Positions 58,501 to 64,000 of a DNA stretch of 64,000 nucleotides are shown piece after piece (within the stretch, counting starts at the first letter, position 1; each line of letters opens with the position of its first letter). The DNA is taken from NCBI GenBank assembly GCA_040767085.1, contig JAXGPF010000007.1, positions 64,001 through 128,000 on the forward strand. The letters are read 5' to 3'. This DNA is from Kiritimatiellia bacterium (lineage in GTDB: Bacteria; Verrucomicrobiota; Kiritimatiellia; JAAZAB01). The notes under the pieces are model-generated. The model worked only from the letters and a program-made list of their open reading frames with translations. It was not told where the DNA came from and did not search any database. A program made the translations under genes and the position numbers.

Positions 58501-59919
58501 CACCAGGCGCAAGGCATCCAAATCCCAGAGAGCGCCGGGCGCAAACGGCACGCCAAACGACACCGGCCAGTCGCGCAACGCCGTAATGCCCGGCGGCGCA
58601 TCCAGGATCACGGGAATCCGGCCGCTGAGCGGCGCCGGCGGCGCGGAGGCGGTTGCGGTAGTTTCCACCGCGCCCAACAGCCGCCGGCCGGCACGCAATT
58701 CCACGCGCAACCGGATTGGCGCCGGCCCATGCCGCCGCATATCCGCCCGCAGCCACCCCCATTCGGAATCCGCCCCGACGGCAATTTCCGCCTGCCGGCG
58801 CCCGGAATGCGTGTCATAAAGCCAGGCGTAAACCGTCAAGGCCTCGGACGGCTGGCCCGCCGGACGCAAATCCAGGAAAAAATCCAACCAACGCTCGCCG
58901 GGACGCGCCGCGGACCGATCGGCAAAAAGCACAAACGCCCCGCACTCCGCCACGCAAATCCGATCGGTCTGCCTGGCATAAGCCTCCGCCCAGACGGAAA
59001 AGTCGCATGCCAGACCGTCAGCTTCCCGGGCCGGGCGCGGTGTTTCCGCCGCCGCATCCAGCCGGCGCTGCGCCGCCAAACGCAGATGCATCGGCGCGGC
59101 GGGCATTGCCGCCAGGGTGCGCCAATCGCTTTCTGCTTCGCGCTTCCGCCCATCGGCCTGCCAGGCCTCGGCCCGGCCGAACAGGGCGGCGGCATGCGCC
59201 GCCGCCGTGGATTCAGGATTATTCAAGTTGATGTCCAGCACCAGGGTATAAAAATCTCGCGCCGCGGCGCCTCTCTGCCGGCGCAAGGCCAGGCGCCCCA
59301 GCAGCAGCCGGGTTGCCGCGCCATCCTCCGGTTTCAGGCCCCAGACCGCCAGCGCGCCCTGCAAATACTGCTCGGCGGCGGCATCGTCGTCTTCTTCCAG
59401 GGCCATCCGCCCCAGGCAATGCAATGCTTTGCCGAGATATTCCGGGGTAGCGTCCGGCATTTCCAGAACCTTGACCAGCGCCGGCGCAGCCAGCGCGTCG
59501 CCTGCTAGCATATAAAGCCGGCCGACATGAAATTGCGCTTCCGCGCGGTACATTGGCGGCGTTTCTGGCGCTTCCGCGACGGCGGCACACCAGGTGCGGG
59601 CGCCGGGCCAATCGCCCTCCATCTCCGCGATGCGGCCCAGGTGCAGACGGGCTTCCGCCGCCGCAGCCGCCGGCAATTCGGCATCAGCCAATACTTCGTA
59701 AAAAGCATCCGCCGCCTGGGGATATTCGCCGCGCTGGAACAAGGCCTGCCCTTCCGCCAACAGCGTGACCGATTGCTGCATTTCAGTCATACCAACGGCC
59801 GCCGCGGAAGTTGGCCGCCCGCGCGACACGGGGATGGTCGGTATAGCCGCATGTTCATCCGCCACCGCCGTCAACGCCAGCACCGTCGGCAACATTCCGC
59901 GCAAAAGCAAATGCCGCAT
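55537..59919 (-). CDS. Large secreted TPR protein with a putative exo-rhamnogalacturonan lyase-like (PcRGLX/YetA-like) module
   Basis: Signal peptide, about 5-6 TPR-like repeats, then PVSFGVPFAPGAL...Q..ITGRW.EDGAIQWV. Confidence 0.65.
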   Translation of the reverse strand: MRHLLLRGMLPTVLALTAVADEHAAIPTIPVSRGRPTSAAAVGMTEMQQSVTLLAEGQALFQRGEYPQAADAFYEVLADAELPAAAAAEARLHLGRIAEMEGDWPGARTWCAAVAEAPETPPMYRAEAQFHVGRLYMLAGDALAAPALVKVLEMPDATPEYLGKALHCLGRMALEEDDDAAAEQYLQGALAVWGLKPEDGAATRLLLGRLALRRQRGAAARDFYTLVLDINLNNPESTAAAHAAALFGRAEAWQADGRKREAESDWRTLAAMPAAPMHLRLAAQRRLDAAAETPRPAREADGLACDFSVWAEAYARQTDRICVAECGAFVLFADRSAARPGERWLDFFLDLRPAGQPSEALTVYAWLYDTHSGRRQAEIAVGADSEWGWLRADMRRHGPAPIRLRVELRAGRRLLGAVETTATASAPPAPLSGRIPVILDAPPGITALRDWPVSFGVPFAPGALWDLDALRLVNDAGVELSCQKEITGRWAEDGAIQWVRFDALASPPEGCRVEFSPSRAVPSMPVRLLDKKGTVTVDTGMARYVLGPGKSPVQEVFLLNGRRLAFCGPQSRGLYVVTQDGRLGQAARDNAMQIEARGPVAACVRFEGYYRDEAHGGAPLARHITRLEFFAGQAAARITHTLVLSADTRTTWFKEIGWELDASIAGSDRGAAVPRASFGVERANPDRVVVLPLASPGAAAYMLQASHYRIYGGTNHCLVMHESAEAAPAAVHTGAEMGDWAMLDGPAGGLMLACRESARQHPKEFEIRPDRVVLRLFSNRAGEELDFRADTLVRQWNLEAWYPPDQRERYRKLYARDPLEAIAAMDIQAAGWAKTHEILIAPLAPAQLPEALPAAAARLSHLLAFPVYAQAAPDWIYQSRTMGAVYPRHPDKYTAAEAMIESLWRSRLPGGSAADGWYGFVNYFHSPGSSVAAPDRDYILRRDLWLACVRDWHRDLRDFVEAATRAYLDHGLCHWQAPRKTPGLYNAGQAATLDMGAGGLPFYWGDRTACIAGGATDLLQFQWLYQIGGCRRGADAWRAFGEGLKACWRPAISTEELLNDRRQVSGGRVLMTLKVLAQAYACDWDPELRFLAHEVGRLVHNPAADTGLAKRRPRLECSGSYHMLNEDAGALLDAWEITGAPRYRAMARRLGDYVWNTGLGVLPNDSMSASLGRLGVFFYDETRRSDIAAALDFQMRRACAQVDAAAGEIHPPDMFSAMAGMPMMMDVLERHLAAQTPTPAWLAFDACDQPCRIALRKPHGRPVDVGIQSATNGPTIGGRLTVWPLTGGRPGSDQVTVSEPQRGMARVHLPLAAPGVDYAIASALPGFHLVLADQPLPLVIYAPQGWRLPDLRPALPVYFRLLPESDPARQPRLLVEGGARFFDPAGLPWRGGAVLSGWVDLPGDRPGLWRLEPEHNRRVRAVNLPPFFALGRPEFYFEPDLPWDYQPLPDAGENAVSGSI

Positions 59920-60019
59920 AAAATCCACGCCTTTCTGTCTCAACACATTGCCGCCATGGTTTTACGCCGTCAATCTAGTGTGTGTTATGCAACATTGCAA
60001 GCCGGAAGCGCACGGCGGG

Positions 60020-60157
60020 CGCTGCCGGGACGCCACTACAGCTCCGGATGCGCCACGCAGTGGCGCCACTACAATTTAATCCTGTAGCGGCCCGGCTTTG
60101 CCGGGCGTCCCATCCGGATGCGCCACATCCTGCTTCGTCGGACTACGCAGGGCAAGA
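60020..60157. repeat. Composite REP-like cluster, partly duplicated at 62311-62382
   Basis: ATGCGCCACGCAGTGGCGCCACTACAATT and CCGGATGCGCCAC.TCCTGCTTCGTC.GACTACGCAGG occur at both sites. Confidence 0.8.
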
Positions 60158-60252
60158 CCCGGCGCACGACAGTCGGAATGCTGTCCCCCTTCCCCGCCTG
60201 GCGTTAAAATTGCGCTTGCCTTAGGCAATGCCGGCCGATATTGTTTAACGGC

Positions 60253-61425
60253 ATGAAACCTTTAGAAGCGAGGCCCCATATCCGCGCCATCATCAGGGAA
60301 AACCAGGATGCGATCCTGGCCCTGCTGGCGGAGATGGTTAACACCAACAGTTTTTCGCACAACTCCGCCGGCATTAACCGCGTCGGTGAAATGGTGCGGG
60401 AAGCGATGCCGCCCGGATTTAACCATTCCTGCACCGCCAACGCCGCCGGCGTCAACCACCATGTTTACACGCAACCCATCAGCCGCCGGCCGGCGATCGT
60501 GCTGGCCGGCCACCTGGACACGCTGTGCCCGCCCGATCCGTCGTTCGACCGGCTGCGGGAAGACGGGGACCTGCTCCGCGGCCCCGGCGTGAATGACATG
60601 AAAGGCGGGGATGTTGTGCTGATCTGGGCCCTGAAGGTCCTGCACCTGTGCGGCGCCCTGTCCCAGATGCCCATTACCTGCATCTTCAACGGCGACGAAG
60701 AATTGGGTTCGCCGACATCGCATGCGCTTTTCACGGGAATGCGCGGGGCCGCCTGGGCGCTGGTTTTCGAATGCGGCGGCCCGGCCGACACGGTTGTGAC
60801 AACCCGCAAGGGGGTGGCGCGTTACCGGCTGCGCATCAGCGGCAAACCGAATCATTTCGGCAATCTCCAGGAAGCCAAGGTCAGCGCAATCGAGGAACTG
60901 GCGCATAAAATCCTGGCCGTGGAAGCCATGAACCTGGCCGACCGGAGCGTGGCGGCCAACGTGGGCCGGATCGAGGGCGGCCTGGCGGCGAACGCCGTGG
61001 CGGAGGAGGCGGCCATGGACTGCGAGGTCCGCTATTGGAATCCCGCGCTGGAACCGAAAGTCATCCGCGCAATTGAACAACTGTCCGCCCATAACCGGGT
61101 GCCCGGCTGCCGCTCCTCCCTGGAACAACTTTCATACCGGCCTCCCATGCGGCCCGGCGCCGATGCCATGCGCCTTTTCGAATTGATTGCCGCGCGGGGA
61201 CGCGTCCTGGGGATGCAGATCATCGAAGAAAAACGCGGCGGAGTATCCGATGCCTGCTGGCTGGCGCATGCCGGCATCCCAGTAATTGACGGGCTCGGTC
61301 CCCTGGGCGACCATGATTTTACGCCCCGGGAATACATCCGCAAAGACACGCTTTTCAGCCGCATAGAACTGGCGGCCAACCTGCTGCTGGACTTGCAGGA
61401 GGCAAACGGCGGCCGCGGCACTTGA
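60253..61425 (+). CDS. M20 metallopeptidase (carboxypeptidase G2-like)
   Basis: GHLDT, GPGVNDMKGG, GDEELGS, FE, GGVSDA, DGLGP.G..D. Confidence 0.9.
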   Translation: MKPLEARPHIRAIIRENQDAILALLAEMVNTNSFSHNSAGINRVGEMVREAMPPGFNHSCTANAAGVNHHVYTQPISRRPAIVLAGHLDTLCPPDPSFDRLREDGDLLRGPGVNDMKGGDVVLIWALKVLHLCGALSQMPITCIFNGDEELGSPTSHALFTGMRGAAWALVFECGGPADTVVTTRKGVARYRLRISGKPNHFGNLQEAKVSAIEELAHKILAVEAMNLADRSVAANVGRIEGGLAANAVAEEAAMDCEVRYWNPALEPKVIRAIEQLSAHNRVPGCRSSLEQLSYRPPMRPGADAMRLFELIAARGRVLGMQIIEEKRGGVSDACWLAHAGIPVIDGLGPLGDHDFTPREYIRKDTLFSRIELAANLLLDLQEANGGRGT

Positions 61426-61434
61426 ACTGCCGGG

Positions 61435-62040
61435 TTACTGCTTGGCCTTGGCGTTGTCAGTTTGTTTTTCTTCCGGCAAGGAAAAGCCGACCGGCCAAAT
61501 AGTCCGATCGAGTTTCACGCCGGTCAGGACGGCATCTTTCAGAACCGCCCCCGTGAGGTCCGCCCCGGTAAGATCGGCCTCCGTCAAATCCGCCTTGGTT
61601 AAATCCGCCCCAATCAAAAAAGCATTGGCCAACACCGCTCCCGCCAGGCAGGCATTTTTCAAGTTGGCATTATAAAGCGCGGCGCCGGTAAGGTCCGCGC
61701 CGCGCATAATCGCCCCGTCCAGATTGGCATTGCTCAAATCCGCCCGGATCATGATGGCGCCGTTGAAAATTGTCTTTTTCAGGCTGGCCTGGTTGAGATT
61801 GGCGGAAAGCAGGTTGACATTGCTCAAATCGGCGCCATCGAGCTTGGCCAAACGCAAATCCTTGTTAAAACTGTTGCTGCGGGCCAGGGCTATGCATTCC
61901 TCGCGCGTCATTTTATCCGCGCCGGGGCGCAGGGTGCTGATACCCATTTTGCTACCCTTGCGGACCTGGGCCGCCGCATCCCAAGCCGGCATCATCAAGG
62001 CCATGGCCATGCCCAACGTGAATATCAATTTATAGTTCAT
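61435..62040 (-). CDS. Secreted pentapeptide-repeat protein
   Basis: Signal peptide; A(D/N)LxxA pentapeptide tandem. Confidence 0.92.
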   Translation of the reverse strand: MNYKLIFTLGMAMALMMPAWDAAAQVRKGSKMGISTLRPGADKMTREECIALARSNSFNKDLRLAKLDGADLSNVNLLSANLNQASLKKTIFNGAIMIRADLSNANLDGAIMRGADLTGAALYNANLKNACLAGAVLANAFLIGADLTKADLTEADLTGADLTGAVLKDAVLTGVKLDRTIWPVGFSLPEEKQTDNAKAKQ

Positions 62041-62424
62041 ATGTTCCAGTATAAAACTTCCACCAGCAAAAGCAATGGGAAAATCCCGGATATGTGGAAA
62101 AACCGCAGGGTTGCCTCATTCTCGGGAAAGACGGCGCGGTGCGGAGACCGCGCCCTACCTCCGGAATTCGTATTCATTCTTCGGTAGGGCGGCCAGTCCC
62201 TTGGCCGCCTCATTCTTAGGCCGGGCGGCCAGTTTGCTCGGCATAGCCTTGGCAAAGCATGGGGCCATTGGCCGCCGCATTCCGCACTTTGCTGCCTGTA
62301 TTCCTCAAGAATGCGCCACGCAGTGGCGCCACTACAATTCCGGATGCGCCACGTCCTGCTTCGTCAGACTACGCAGGACACGCAGTGGCGCACTGCAGAC
62401 CGGGGAATCCGGAGAAACCCAGAT

Positions 62425-64000
62425 TCAATCCCGGCTTTCCAGGAACCCTTCCAGCTTTTGCAAGCGGCTGGGATGGCGCAATTTGCGCAGTGATTTGGCT
62501 TCGATTTGCCGAATACGCTCGCGGGTTACGGAAAACATGCTGCCCACTTCTTCCAGTGTGCGCGGGCATCCGTCATCGAGGCCGAAGCGCAACCGCAGAA
62601 CTTTCTGCTCGCGCTCGGAAAGAGTTTTCAAGACATCCTGCAAACGTTCCCGCAGCAGACTGTACGCCGTCATCTCGGATGGATTTTCCGCCGATTTATC
62701 CTCGATAAAATCGCCGAAATAAGCATCGTCGCTGTCGCCGACGGTGGCCTGAAGGGAAATTGGCTGCTGAGCCATTTTAAAGACTTCGCGCACACGCTCC
62801 ACCGGCATGCTGACTTCATCCGCCACCTCTTCCGGCGTGGGTTCGCGCCCGAAATCCTGCAGCAATTGTTTCTGCACCCGCGTCAGCTTGTTGATCGTTT
62901 CGATCATGTGGACGGGGATACGGATGGTGCGGGCCTGGTCGGCAATGGCGCGGGTGGCGGCCTGGCGAATCCACCAGGTGGCATAAGTGCTGAACTTGTA
63001 GCCGCGCTTGTATTCGAATTTTTCCACGGCCCGCATCAGGCCGGTATTGCCTTCCTGGATCAGGTCCAGAAACATCAAACCGCGGTTCATGTATTTTTTT
63101 ACGATACTGATCACCAGGCGCAGATTGGCCTCCGCCATTTCCGTGCGGGCTTTATGTCCTTTTTTCAGCCAGGATTTCAATTCACGGTATTTGGCTTCAA
63201 ATTCCTCGCAGGACATCCAATACTTGATTTCAAATTCTTTCTGGAGGGCGTTGGCTTTGGACAGGGCGGTCTTGATTTCAGACTTGTTTTTCCTGCGGCT
63301 GGATTCCAACCGCGCAATCTGGCTGCGCCACGTCTGGTATTCCCGGAAACACTCATCCGCCTGGACGACAAAGTCTTCCACCGCCTTCTGTTTGAAAAAC
63401 AGTTTGTCGAGCAATTGTCCGTATTTACGCACCAGCCGATCGAAATTTTTAGCTTCGTTGGACGTCGCGGCGCTGCCCGCCGGCCGCTGCCGCAGGGCGG
63501 CGAAGGACTTGGCGACATCCTTGTGCGCAGCGACGATTTTCTTTTTGATTTTGGGCAGAACGCGCAAATACTTATCGCGGCTGTCAACATGCTTATCCAC
63601 GATAATCCGGTCGAAACGCTCTTTGCTCCGCTCCAGCCGGACGGCCAGCGCAAAATACGAATCGATCGAAAATCCAAAGCGCTTGAAAATTTCCCGGGCG
63701 TTGATTTCTGCTTCCTCGATCCGCTTGCAGATTTCCACCTCCTGCGTGCGCGTCAGCAGGGGCACCTGCCCCATCTGGTGCAGGTAGGTGCGGATGGGAT
63801 CATCCATGACGTCGAAAGCGCGGTCCTGCTCGGCGCGTTCGTCCTTTTCCAGTTGCTTTTTGAACTGTTCGACGTTGGATGAATCGATGATCTCAATATC
63901 CATGCCGCGCAGCAGCAGCACCAACCCGTCAATCTCATCCGCATCAATCAGGTCGGTCGGCAAGGCCTCGTGGATATCGGTATAAGTCAAATAGCCTTGC
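62425..64000 (-). CDS. rpoD: Primary RNA polymerase sigma factor (5'-truncated by the window edge)
   Basis: [72 protein letters not shown]. Confidence 0.97.
   Translation of the reverse strand, partial: QGYLTYTDIHEALPTDLIDADEIDGLVLLLRGMDIEIIDSSNVEQFKKQLEKDERAEQDRAFDVMDDPIRTYLHQMGQVPLLTRTQEVEICKRIEEAEINAREIFKRFGFSIDSYFALAVRLERSKERFDRIIVDKHVDSRDKYLRVLPKIKKKIVAAHKDVAKSFAALRQRPAGSAATSNEAKNFDRLVRKYGQLLDKLFFKQKAVEDFVVQADECFREYQTWRSQIARLESSRRKNKSEIKTALSKANALQKEFEIKYWMSCEEFEAKYRELKSWLKKGHKARTEMAEANLRLVISIVKKYMNRGLMFLDLIQEGNTGLMRAVEKFEYKRGYKFSTYATWWIRQAATRAIADQARTIRIPVHMIETINKLTRVQKQLLQDFGREPTPEEVADEVSMPVERVREVFKMAQQPISLQATVGDSDDAYFGDFIEDKSAENPSEMTAYSLLRERLQDVLKTLSEREQKVLRLRFGLDDGCPRTLEEVGSMFSVTRERIRQIEAKSLRKLRHPSRLQKLEGFLESRD

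Overview
GC-rich bacterial chromosomal window. The gene content suggests a PVC-superphylum anaerobe such as Kiritimatiellia or Lentisphaerae, but this is inferred, not proven. Housekeeping genes (ispH, tatD, queG, ettA, cls, yjbQ, priA, partial rpoD) are mixed with catabolic genes: two UroD/MtaA-like proteins, two Gfo/Idh/MocA oxidoreductases, GH5-like and DUF4838 proteins, SGNH and amidohydrolases, and an AtuA-DUF4387 pair. Secreted or surface proteins include a beta-helix protein, a 2090-aa multi-propeller/FN3/FG-GAP protein followed by three prepilin-type genes, and a TPR plus lyase-like protein. No rRNA, tRNA or CRISPR array was seen. The most unusual part is 21.2-24.9 kb. There an HUH/Y1 (RAYT-like) transposase with a DnaA-like C-terminal HTH is bounded by 20-bp inverted ends and carries ladder-like stutter duplications at its 3' end. 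It sits divergently where an integron integrase would be, in front of an attI-like site and a single attC gene cassette, and a truncated second copy follows the cassette. No intI is present in the window. Two copies of an IS1202-family (ISNCY) element with ~16-17 bp target duplications both sit just upstream of a perfect TTGACA -35 box in the same orientation. Intergenic regions hold many small repeat types: GTAG-type REPs, 7-mer and 9-mer arrays, a TGT..ACA MITE-like element and long hairpins. The 21-25 kb region shows many single-base indels that may be assembly errors. Product calls come from motif recognition only; no searches were run.
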